This document shows positions 41,811 to 51,224 of a stretch of 64,000 nt of DNA, piece by piece. The DNA lies in NCBI RefSeq assembly GCF_051903065.1, contig NZ_CP178439.1; one strand, given 5' to 3'. This DNA comes from Escherichia coli (GTDB lineage Bacteria > Pseudomonadota > Gammaproteobacteria > Enterobacterales > Enterobacteriaceae). Made by a program: the position numbers and the translations under genes. The notes under the pieces are model-generated. The model saw only the letters and a program-made list of their open reading frames with translations, did no database searches and was not told the origin of the DNA. How positions within the stretch are numbered: the stretch's first letter is position 1; the number at the start of each line of letters is the position of its first letter.

Positions 41811-41906
41811 ATGATTAACCTGTTAATCATCGTTCTCAGGGCTGTGGTCGCCGTTGCAAACGCGCTGATTGCAGTTCTGGAACTGATCCGTCAGTTCATC
41901 GACTGA
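41811..41906 (+). CDS. Candidate type I toxin, DinQ/TisB-like 31-aa hydrophobic peptide (MINLLIIVLRAVVAVANALIAVLELIRQFID)
   Basis: Hand-translated ORF; LELIR motif shared with DinQ as recalled; SD within a CTCCAG-N7-CTGGAG hairpin; terminator-like hairpin at 41928..41954. Confidence 0.45.
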   Translation: MINLLIIVLRAVVAVANALIAVLELIRQFID

Positions 41907-41972
41907 TGACTGCGGAAACGTAACTAAGGGCAGGAAGTGCACCGCTTCCTGCCCTTTAACAAAGGAGGATTT

Positions 41973-42152
41973 ATGGATTTTATGAGCATTTTGGGGCGCT
42001 GTTTACTTCTTCCTTTCCCTGTTGCGATGTTTGTCGGTTGCCTGTTTCCAGGCATTGATGATCGTTTTACTGGAATGTTCATGAGTTTTATTGTCGGTTG
42101 TCTATCGTGGTATATCACCAAGCCAAAACCGCAAAAGGCTGAGGTCGCGTAA
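41973..42152 (+). CDS. Small membrane protein (59 aa)
   Basis: Strong RBS AAGGAGG 6 nt upstream of ATG; two hydrophobic helices. Confidence 0.4.
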   Translation: MDFMSILGRCLLLPFPVAMFVGCLFPGIDDRFTGMFMSFIVGCLSWYITKPKPQKAEVA

Positions 42153-42538
42153 GCGGCCTTTTTTACGTCTCTCGTTTAATTCCTCGCCATTCTGTCCAGA
42201 AATAGTATTGCGGCTAATCAAGCCAATTCCTACGTCTTTTCGCTGTTGCACGATCTAAAAGAAAATATGGGAAAATTTCATGAAAGTATGGTACTAAAGG
42301 GTCTTTAATTCCTTTATCTTGTTCCTTCAACTGCACAGTATCTCGTAAAAACCAACAAGCCGGTTGTTTAAAAAACGCTCTTAGCGTAGGATGTTTTCCA
42401 TTTTCCAAGTGGAACCCAAGTACGATGCCCGCGAAAAAGACAGCCCTCTTATGAAGAGGGCTGTTATCTGATATAGGCTTGTTATGGTCTCACTCTTGAT
42501 TAATCAGGTGTATGTGCAACCTTGGTGCACACAATCGA

Positions 42539-44440
42539 TTATGCAGCTTGATGATCTGAAGTGTTACCGGAAGTATCTTCGGTTCGTTTTTTGTTTGTGA
42601 TGGATTCACTTTTATCTCGCAAGGCTGAGTCTATGACGTTAAACACCTTTTCCCACCGAGAAATCCAACCGCATATAGGTTGAACACGACATTTTTCCAG
42701 GAAGAAATTTAATAAGTTAGTTTTTTTATTATCTTGCACTTTGAATGGTTCAATTACATCATCGGCATCAACAGATTTTCCTCCGATAAACCACGACGGA
42801 TGGGTTTCCATTGCGTCAGAAATGAAATCGTCAGGGAAGAGGCCTTCAATAGCAAAACCACTTCTTACAGAAATATAGTCTTTATTTGACTCAAATCTAA
42901 TTTGTTTTTTACCAAAGTAGCTTTGTAATCTGGTTCTTTCTTTGACCCCAGCTTCATCACCGTCAAAAACAGATATTACGGGGACATCTTTAGAAATAAA
43001 CTCGTAGCACCCTTTCAAGAATCCCCCAAGTTGACTGACTCCACCAAACTCATCAACTTTAGCACTCCTCAGAAAAGGCCATCTGTTCTTAAACTCATCA
43101 TCTTCAGATGTCAATTTCAATATTGATTCTATATATTGTTTGTCGGTGATACCTTCAACGAAAACTGCACTACTTGATATGTTAAAGAAATCAGAAAATC
43201 TGACCCCAAGATTTTCTCTTATGCTTGCAACTGCATTAAATCTTTTTTCATGCTTTTTATCTTTTGTAACACCGGCGTCATCTTTATATAACTCAATGAT
43301 CTTACTTGGCTCATCACTGACAAATGATAAGGAATGAGTTGTAATAAGAACATAAGCAACATCCATCAGTGATTTGAAAATGTGATTACATGACCGGCCT
43401 AATGAGGGATGCAAGAAAGACTCAGGCTCCTCAACCATCCAAATCGTTTTCTTACCTAGAGTAAGTTTTCTCTCTGAAATAGATTTAAATGAAGAAAATA
43501 AAGATAAGCATTGTAGCCCCATACCTTTACTCGATATCACATTCTCAATAGTATCTTTTATTGAAACCTCAAAGCGACCAAATAACTCATCAAGAGATGG
43601 CGGAGCTTTAATAATAAAGCTACAGTCATCTATACCGCTTAGAATCATTTCATTTGTTATCTTTTCAGATACTTCCAACAGTTTATCATGAATCACTTGA
43701 ACCGATGTTTTCATGGCTGAAGCTACTTCACTCCTAACATATGGAACTAATAGATTATGATATATATCATCAATACTTTTTGACGATGGTATATACACAC
43801 ACTCAAAACTAGAAAGTATTTTTTCTATGAACCTTCTTTCAACAGATGTATACATGGAGGAAGTTACTTCAGGTTTCCTCTTGTAACCTTTAAAGACAGT
43901 GTAAAAGTAATTGTTTTTATTAGATATTGTCAGATGTACGGTCACTTCGTTTTGAGGTGACTTTAACCTGGAGTCATCAATCATGTTAAACAGCTGCAAA
44001 TATCTATCTCTCAAACTTAGCTTTCTGCCTCTTGATTGAGTTGGTTTTGATTCTTGTTGTTTAGAGCTGCCATCATCAAATGAAATAGAATTACTAGGCT
44101 CTTCTTGCTCCCCTAAAACACCAAGTTCAATAATCGAGTCATCATCGTCATCATCATCGTCTTGGCTCAAATCCTCAGAGACATCATCTAGCTCACTTTC
44201 AGAAAAAGTAAATCTTACAGCAAAACTAGTTTGTCCTTGCTTAACACCATGTGGCTTATCTTTTTCATAGTCATATAAGTCAGGATTAAATTTTCCTTCA
44301 AAAAAAACCCTCATAGCTTTTAATAGGTTTGTTTTACCACTGTTGTTTTGCCCAACAATGGTTAATCCATTAAAGTTATCAGAGGATATCTCCCCTGAAA
44401 TAGACCTATACTGAGAAACTTTAAATGATACTATTTCCAT
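42539..44440 (-). CDS. OLD-family ABC-type ATPase fused to a TOPRIM nuclease domain (633 aa)
   Basis: Walker A GQNNSGKT, Walker B IWMVEEPESFLHP, H-loop ITTHS, then TOPRIM-like VFVEGITDKQ and FDGDEAG; eight-Asp run; AT-rich. Confidence 0.7.
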   Translation of the reverse strand: MEIVSFKVSQYRSISGEISSDNFNGLTIVGQNNSGKTNLLKAMRVFFEGKFNPDLYDYEKDKPHGVKQGQTSFAVRFTFSESELDDVSEDLSQDDDDDDDDSIIELGVLGEQEEPSNSISFDDGSSKQQESKPTQSRGRKLSLRDRYLQLFNMIDDSRLKSPQNEVTVHLTISNKNNYFYTVFKGYKRKPEVTSSMYTSVERRFIEKILSSFECVYIPSSKSIDDIYHNLLVPYVRSEVASAMKTSVQVIHDKLLEVSEKITNEMILSGIDDCSFIIKAPPSLDELFGRFEVSIKDTIENVISSKGMGLQCLSLFSSFKSISERKLTLGKKTIWMVEEPESFLHPSLGRSCNHIFKSLMDVAYVLITTHSLSFVSDEPSKIIELYKDDAGVTKDKKHEKRFNAVASIRENLGVRFSDFFNISSSAVFVEGITDKQYIESILKLTSEDDEFKNRWPFLRSAKVDEFGGVSQLGGFLKGCYEFISKDVPVISVFDGDEAGVKERTRLQSYFGKKQIRFESNKDYISVRSGFAIEGLFPDDFISDAMETHPSWFIGGKSVDADDVIEPFKVQDNKKTNLLNFFLEKCRVQPICGWISRWEKVFNVIDSALRDKSESITNKKRTEDTSGNTSDHQAA

Positions 44441-44545
44441 TTTTCTTCCTACGATAGAATATTGCTCGGATTATCGACATTTTTTCCCAAGGCTTTAACT
44501 GTCTTTCGCTACTTGGATAAATGGCTCTTCCTCCACTGTTCTGCT

Positions 44546-45055
44546 TTATTTTCGCCAGAAAGCCCACCATGCATGTTGTTTGTCCTGAAGTGCTGCTTTA
44601 TCCTGAAGCAATTCAGCACTCACTGCCCCCTGAAGCACAGAAACGGCGTTTCTCGCGGCATTGCGACAGGAATCAATAACCTCTGGTTCGTTGGGCTTTC
44701 TGAGCAGGATAAATTGCGATACTTTGGACTGAGTATCAAAAGCATAGATTCGCAATTCAGGGGAGGATGTCAGGCTTACAATATTATGCAACCGCATATA
44801 ATTGGTGTAGTCCTTGCTACTTGGATCACATGATTCATAAAGATATTTCTGCATTAGCGTTTGCGATGAAGAAAGAAAATCTATATAGCGGTCAGTTTTT
44901 TTATCTATATCCCGCAGTCGCTGAGCTATTGCATCTTTTCTTATTTCGTGGCAGTGTGTTAATTTCAGTGTAATCCAGCCACCAACAATGGTGATTAATG
45001 CACCCAGCCCAATTTTAACGGCATTATCAGCCACATCTACCCACTCAGTTGCCAT
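44546..45055 (-). CDS. Hypothetical protein with N-terminal TM helix (169 aa)
   Basis: ORF 105 bp upstream of and co-oriented with the OLD-like gene. Confidence 0.45.
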   Translation of the reverse strand: MATEWVDVADNAVKIGLGALITIVGGWITLKLTHCHEIRKDAIAQRLRDIDKKTDRYIDFLSSSQTLMQKYLYESCDPSSKDYTNYMRLHNIVSLTSSPELRIYAFDTQSKVSQFILLRKPNEPEVIDSCRNAARNAVSVLQGAVSAELLQDKAALQDKQHAWWAFWRK

Positions 45056-45182
45056 CTGTTACGTGTTCTTCCTGTGATGATCATGGTCGCTAGTATAATT
45101 CTCCGGCTGACTGGACATACAGCATTTTCTGTCCAAGATTAATAACCTCGAACTGCAACACAATGCCGCAGATGATGCAAAG

Positions 45183-46031
45183 GGGGAGCCCGCAGAATTC
45201 GGAAAAAATCGTACGCTAAGGTTTTCCGGGCATCCGTAAGGGCCGAAACTTCCCGTCTTCCAGTCTGCGGCTCTGCCGCCAGACGTAATCGCCGGTTAGG
45301 TTGATGTGCTCCCAGCCCAGCGGCGACAGGAATTGCAGCAGCTCGCCGTCCACCGGCTTGCCGGCCTCGACCAACCCCTGGGTGGCGCGTTCCAGGTACA
45401 CCGTGTTCCACAGCACGATAGCCGCCGTCACCAGGTTGAGGCCGCTGGCCCGGTAGCGCTGCTGCTCGAAGCTCCGATCCCTGATTTCCCCAAGGCGGTT
45501 GAAGAACACCGCCCTGGCCAGCGAGTTGCGCGCCTCACCTTTGTTCAGGCCGGCATGCACGCGGCGGCGCAGTTCAACACTTTGCAGCCAGTCCAGGATG
45601 AACAGCGTGCGCTCGATCCGGCCCAGCTCGCGCAGGGCCACGGCCAGTCCGTTCTGGCGCGGGTAGCTGCCGAGCTTGCGCAGCATCAGCGAGGCGGTGA
45701 CGGTGCCCTGCTTGATCGAGCTGGCCAGGCGCAGGATGTCGTCCCAGTGGGCACGCACGTGCTTGATGTTCAGGGTGCCGCCGATCAGCGGGCGCAACGT
45801 CGGGTAGGCTTGCACGCCCTGCGGCACGTACAGCTTGGTTTCGCCGAGGTCGCGGATGCGCGGCGCGAAGCGGAAGCCTAGCAGGTGCATCAGGGCAAAG
45901 ACGTGATCGGTGAAGCCGGCCGTGTCGGTGTAGTGCTCCTCGATCCGCAGGTCGGACTCGTGGTACAGCAGGCCGTCGAGCACATAGGTGGAATCGCGGA
46001 CGCCGACATTCACCACGCGGGTGCTGAACGG
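45183..46031 (-). mobile_element. tnpA: Second Tn1721-type transposon end: 38-bp IR (45183..45220) plus tnpA 3' fragment, truncated by IS26 52 bp further 3' in tnpA than the copy at 17879..18779
   Basis: Identical IR and TnpA C-terminus; retained tnpA is 52 bp shorter than in the first copy. Confidence 0.85.
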
Positions 46032-46851
46032 GGCACTGTTGCAAATAGTCGGTGGTGATAAACTTATCATCCCCTTTTGCTGATGGAGCTGCACATGAAC
46101 CCATTCAAAGGCCGGCATTTTCAGCGTGACATCATTCTGTGGGCCGTACGCTGGTACTGCAAATACGGCATCAGTTACCGTGAGCTGCAGGAGATGCTGG
46201 CTGAACGCGGAGTGAATGTCGATCACTCCACGATTTACCGCTGGGTTCAGCGTTATGCGCCTGAAATGGAAAAACGGCTGCGCTGGTACTGGCGTAACCC
46301 TTCCGATCTTTGCCCGTGGCACATGGATGAAACCTACGTGAAGGTCAATGGCCGCTGGGCGTATCTGTACCGGGCCGTCGACAGCCGGGGCCGCACTGTC
46401 GATTTTTATCTCTCCTCCCGTCGTAACAGCAAAGCTGCATACCGGTTTCTGGGTAAAATCCTCAACAACGTGAAGAAGTGGCAGATCCCGCGATTCATCA
46501 ACACGGATAAAGCGCCCGCCTATGGTCGCGCGCTTGCTCTGCTCAAACGCGAAGGCCGGTGCCCGTCTGACGTTGAACACCGACAGATTAAGTACCGGAA
46601 CAACGTGATTGAATGCGATCATGGCAAACTGAAACGGATAATCGGCGCCACGCTGGGATTTAAATCCATGAAGACGGCTTACGCCACCATCAAAGGTATT
46701 GAGGTGATGCGTGCACTACGCAAAGGCCAGGCCTCAGCATTTTATTATGGTGATCCCCTGGGCGAAATGCGCCTGGTAAGCAGAGTTTTTGAAATGTAAG
46801 GCCTTTGAATAAGACAAAAGGCTGCCTCATCGCTAACTTTGCAACAGTGCC
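46032..46851 (+). mobile_element. tnpA: IS26 copy 8, transposase CDS 46095..46799, Gly at residue 184
   Basis: Both IRs present; flanks do not match. Confidence 0.95.
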
Positions 46852-47050
46852 GCGCGACGAGCAGCAGCACCAGGAGCAGAAGCACGTCGAGAAAAAGCAA
46901 CAGCAGATCGAGCAGCGCCCACGGCGGGCCGCTCGCATCGGATAAGTCGAAAAATCCGGCTAAAGTGGCCGAGCTGCACATCAGGCCGCGCGGTTTTCCT
47001 CCCTGATCGCCGGCGCGGTTTCTTCCTCCCTGAACCGCATGCAGACTTGC

Positions 47051-47080
47051 CGCCTCGGACACCCCGAGGCGGTTTTTTTT
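47051..47080 (+). terminator. Rho-independent terminator
   Basis: GCCTCGG-ACACC-CCGAGGC hairpin followed by GGTTTTTTTT. Confidence 0.5.
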
Positions 47081-47092
47081 CGCCTCGCTCGA

Positions 47093-47306
47093 GCATCGCC
47101 GCATCCGACGATGCCGAGACGACCAGGCCGCGCACGTCGAGCTGCAGCATCGCCATTGCCGACGATGGCACCAGGTCGCCGGCGGTGGCCACCGACCTCG
47201 AGCTCGCATCGCCACATCCGACGATGCGCGCCGGCGTCGACCATCGCCAGGTCTGACGATGGCGGCCGCCCTGCCCTGGATCTCGCATCGCCATTTCTGG
47301 CGATGA
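47093..47306. repeat. Five imperfect 22-bp palindromic repeats (CATCGCC-N6-GACGATG type); candidate res/accessory recombination or iteron-like sites
   Basis: Copies at 47093, 47147, 47206, 47241, 47285 with spacings 54/59/35/44 bp, upstream of the resolvase gene. Confidence 0.5.
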
Positions 47307-47430
47307 GATCCACGGAGCGGCCATTTAGACCCGCCAATAACGACCCGGCCAAGATAAATCGCATGACGGCCTTTTTGGCCGGGGGTAGCATGACCGGACA
47401 CTTTGCGTATGCCCAAAGGAGCCCGCAAGT

Positions 47431-48168
47431 ATGCGCAGGACGAAGCCAGTAGCCGCGCCGATGGTGGCGCGGGTCTATCTGCGCGTCAGCACCGACGCGC
47501 AGGACTTGGAACGCCAAGAGGCGATCACTACGGCCGCGAAGGCCGCCGGCTACTACGTCGCCGGCATCTACCGTGAGAAGGCATCCGGCGCACGCGCCGA
47601 CCGGCCTGAGCTGCTGCGCATGATCGGCGACCTACAGCCCGGCGAGGTGGTCATTGCCGAGAAGATCGACCGCATCAGCCGCCTACCTTTGCCCGAGGCC
47701 GAGCGCCTGGTGGCCTCGATACAGGCCAAAGGCGCACGCCTGGCCGTCCCTGGCGTGGTCGATCTATCCGACCTGGCGGCCGAGGCCCAGGGCGTCGCCA
47801 AGATCGTGCTGGAAGCCGTGCAGATCATGCTTTTTCGCCTGGCCTTGCAGATGGCCCGCGACGACTACGAGGACAGGCGCGAACGCCAGCGCCAAGGCAT
47901 TGAGTTGGCCCGCCAGGCCGGGCGGTACAAGGGCCGCCGTGCTGATCCGAAGCGCCGCGCCCAAGTTGTCGCGCTGCGCAAGTCCGGCTACAGCATCAAC
48001 AAGACCGCCGAGCTGGCCGGGTACAGTGCGGCCCAGGTGAAACGGATATGGGCCGAGGTCAGCCAGGCCGAAGCGAAGCAGCACGGCGCGTTCGTGGAGG
48101 ACGCATTGACGGAAGCCGATGCCCTGGCCGCTGTCGGCCAGGATGAGCGCCAGGAGGAAAGGGCATGA
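47431..48168 (+). CDS. Serine recombinase/resolvase
   Basis: N-terminal catalytic motif VYLRVSTDAQDLERQ and C-terminal HTH; GC-rich. Confidence 0.8.
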   Translation: MRRTKPVAAPMVARVYLRVSTDAQDLERQEAITTAAKAAGYYVAGIYREKASGARADRPELLRMIGDLQPGEVVIAEKIDRISRLPLPEAERLVASIQAKGARLAVPGVVDLSDLAAEAQGVAKIVLEAVQIMLFRLALQMARDDYEDRRERQRQGIELARQAGRYKGRRADPKRRAQVVALRKSGYSINKTAELAGYSAAQVKRIWAEVSQAEAKQHGAFVEDALTEADALAAVGQDERQEERA

Positions 48169-48482
48169 AGAAGCCGAACCAAGACGACGAGCCGTTTTTC
48201 ATCACCGAGGAGATTGCGGCCGAAATGATCGCCGGCGGCTATGAGTTCGAGCTGCCGCCCATTCCTTGCACCATCCGCCTACGCGACGTGCTGGAGCGCA
48301 TGACCGATGCTGAGCTAGCATTGCAGCCGGGCGAGATCGCCGACCAGGAGCGTGAACGCTGCCGGCGCAAGCCGTGTTCAACCTCATGATCTGGTCATGG
48401 TATTTTTCATGGCACTGAGCCTGATAGTTCTTGCAAATTGTTGTCACTAAAGGGTTTTGTGTGCTTGTTTACAATCGAGTGG

Positions 48483-50100
48483 GAGTGACGGGCACTGGCT
48501 GGCAATGTCTAGCAACGGCAGGCATTTCGGCTGAGGGTAAAAGAACTTTCCGCTAAGCGATAGACTGTATGTAAACACAGTATTGCAAGGACGCGGAACA
48601 TGCCTCATGTGGCGGCCAGGACGGCCAGCCGGGATCGGGATACTGGTCGTTACCAGAGCCACCGACCCGAGCAAACCCTTCTCTATCAGATCGTTGACGA
48701 GTATTACCCGGCATTCGCTGCGCTTATGGCAGAGCAGGGAAAGGAATTGCCGGGCTATGTGCAACGGGAATTTGAAGAATTTCTCCAATGCGGGCGGCTG
48801 GAGCATGGCTTTCTACGGGTTCGCTGCGAGTCTTGCCACGCCGAGCACCTGGTCGCTTTCAGCTGTAAGCGTCGCGGTTTCTGCCCGAGCTGTGGGGCGC
48901 GGCGGATGGCCGAAAGTGCCGCCTTGCTGGTTGATGAAGTACTGCCTGAACAACCCATGCGTCAGTGGGTGTTGAGCTTCCCGTTTCAGCTGCGTTTCCT
49001 GTTTGCCAGCCGGCCCGAGATCATGGGGTGGGTGCTGGGCATCGTTTACCGCGTCATTGCCACGCACCTGGTCAAGAAAGCGGGCCATACCCACCAAGTG
49101 GCCAAGACGGGCGCGGTCACCCTGATCCAGCGTTTTGGATCGGCGCTCAATCTGAATGTTCACTTCCACATGCTGTTTCTCGACGGTGTGTATGTCGAGC
49201 AATCCCACGGCTCAGCGCGTTTCCGCTGGGTCAAGGCGCCGACCAGCCCAGAGCTCACCCAGCTGACGCACACCATCGCCCACCGGGTGGGTCGCTATCT
49301 GGAACGGCAAGGCCTGCTGGAACGGGATGTCGAAAACAGCTATCTGGCCTCGGATGCGGTGGATGACGACCCGATGACACCCCTGCTGGGGCACTCGATC
49401 ACTTACCGTATCGCTGTCGGTTCACAGGCGGGGCGAAAGGTGTTCACTTTGCAAACTCTGCCGACCAGTGGTGATCCGTTCGGTGACGGGATTGGCAAGG
49501 TAGCCGGGTCCAGCCTGCACGCCGGCGTGGCGGCCAGGGCCGATGAACGCAAGAAGCTCGAACGGCTGTGCCGGTACATCAGCCGCCCGGCGGTATCCGA
49601 GAAGCGGCTGTCGTTAACACGAGGCGGCAACGTGCGCTACCAGCTCAAGACGCCGTACCGGGACGGCACCACGCACGTCATTTTCGAACCATTGGATTTC
49701 ATTGCAAGGCTGGCCGCCCTGGTACCGAAGCCCAGAGTCAACCTAACCCGCTTCCACGGGGTGTTCGCACCCAACAGTCGGCACCGGGCGTTGGTCACGC
49801 CGGCAAAACGGGGCAGGGGCAACAAGGTCAGGGTGGCTGATGAACCGGCAACACCAGCACAACGGCGAGCGTCGATGACATGGGCGCAACGGCTCAAGCG
49901 TGTTTTCAATATCGACATCGAGACCTGCAGCGGCTGCGGCGGCGCCATGAAAGTCATCGCCTGCATTGAAGACCCTATAGTGATCAAGCAGATCCTTGAT
50001 CACCTGAAGCACAAAGCCGAAACCAGCGGGACCAGGGCGTTACCCGAAAGCCGGGCGCCACCGGCTGAGCTGCTCCTGGGTCTGTTTGACTGACGAGCCT
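48483..50100 (+). mobile_element. ISCR2 (IS91-like rolling-circle element), transposase CDS 48600..50093; element boundaries approximate
   Basis: 497-aa IS91-family transposase; a second partial copy of the first ~300 bp at 52767..53072 defines the 5' boundary. Confidence 0.75.
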
Positions 50101-50123
50101 GAAGGCCAACGATACCAATCAAA

Positions 50124-51008
50124 ATGCTGCGTTCACAGCGCCGCGGCAGGGATCCGCCGTGCTGGTTGTCGGAAAAGGAGCCGCTAGTGGGAAAGAGGAG
50201 GGTAAATTTTCAGCGTTGCTGGCTCCCCGTCAGCCGGATTGGGTTGCATCGCAGGGGTGTCGAAAGAGTCAACTGCGGTCCAAAGCTGTTGGACTTGGGT
50301 GAAAAGGGCGTTTATTCTTCCTATACGTGCCGCGTTCCAGGCGGCGACTATGAGGGCTATGTCGATGCCCATGTGCGCCGGCTGGAGGCGCTACGCCGGG
50401 CCGGTATCGTCGAGCGGATCGACGCCGACCAATGGCGCATCCCCAATGATCTGGTCAGCCGTGCCGCCGCCCATGACGCCGGCCGAGACAGTCAGGCCAG
50501 CGTTCGCGTCCTTTCCCCGGTCGATCTGAACAAACAGATCGGATCGGACGGCGCGACCTGGCTGGACCGGCGGCTGATCCACGGCGAGACGGCCGACCTT
50601 GCGCCAACCGGCTTCGGGCAACAAGTCCGCGAAGCCATGGACCAGCGCCGCGAGCACCATATCGAACAGGGCGACGCCACCCGCAGCCGGGACAGCCGCG
50701 TCTTCTACCGGCGCAACCTTCTCGCCATCCTGCGGGAGCGCGAGGTAGCCGGCGTCGGATCGGATATGGCTTTGAGTAAGGGCCTGCCGTTCCGCGCCGC
50801 CACGGACGGCGAGAGCGTCAGCGGCAAGTTTACCGGAACCGTGCATCTATCGAGCGGCAAGTTCGCCGTGGTCGAGAAATCCCATGAGTTCACCCTTGTC
50901 CCGTGGCGGCCGATCATCGACCGCCAACTCGGCCGCGAGGTTATGGGCATCGTGCAGGGCGGGTCGGTGTCGTGGCAGTTAGGGCGGCAGAGGGGGCTGG
51001 AACGCTGA
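50124..51008 (+). pseudogene. Relaxase-like (VirD2-like) fragment commonly found between ISCR2 and floR
   Basis: ORF in the position described for the virD2 relic of floR loci; identity not verified. Confidence 0.35.
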
Positions 51009-51088
51009 GTGCGCCCATGCCGCATTGCGAAGCAAAAGATAATCGGATAAAATGTAGCAATTCATATTCGTAAGCGTGGAGTAATCAG

Positions 51089-51148
51089 ATGGGAAATTCC
51101 AAGTCAGCAGACAAGTAAGCCGCAACAACCAGTATTGTTGTTGCGGCG
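51089..51148 (+). promoter_or_regulatory. floR leader: 9-codon peptide MGNSKSADK plus GCCGCAACAACC...GTTGTTGCGGCG hairpin
   Basis: Read directly; parallels the cmlA leader at 32605..32669. Confidence 0.5.
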
Positions 51149-51224
51149 CTCTGTAAGGCTAGTCTCATCTGATTGCTGACGAGCAGACGTCGCCCGGTAT
51201 TCCTTAATCGAGGGTTGATTCGTC

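Noticed and set aside
41148-41830. Track ORFs 41148..41513 and 41570..41830 on the minus strand
   Set aside because: They overlap the conserved repeat motifs and the structured leader of the candidate type I toxin; repeated LDVEYLPP in both translations reflects the DNA repeat, not a real protein.
47093-47306. Possible CRISPR array
   Set aside because: Repeats are palindromic, imperfect and irregularly spaced (35 to 59 bp), with no cas genes; more consistent with recombinase or iteron sites.
46745-47517. Several overlapping ORFs on both strands in the GC-rich region between IS26 and the resolvase
   Set aside because: High GC gives spurious open frames; the region is better explained by a truncated gene 3' end, a terminator and the palindromic repeat array.
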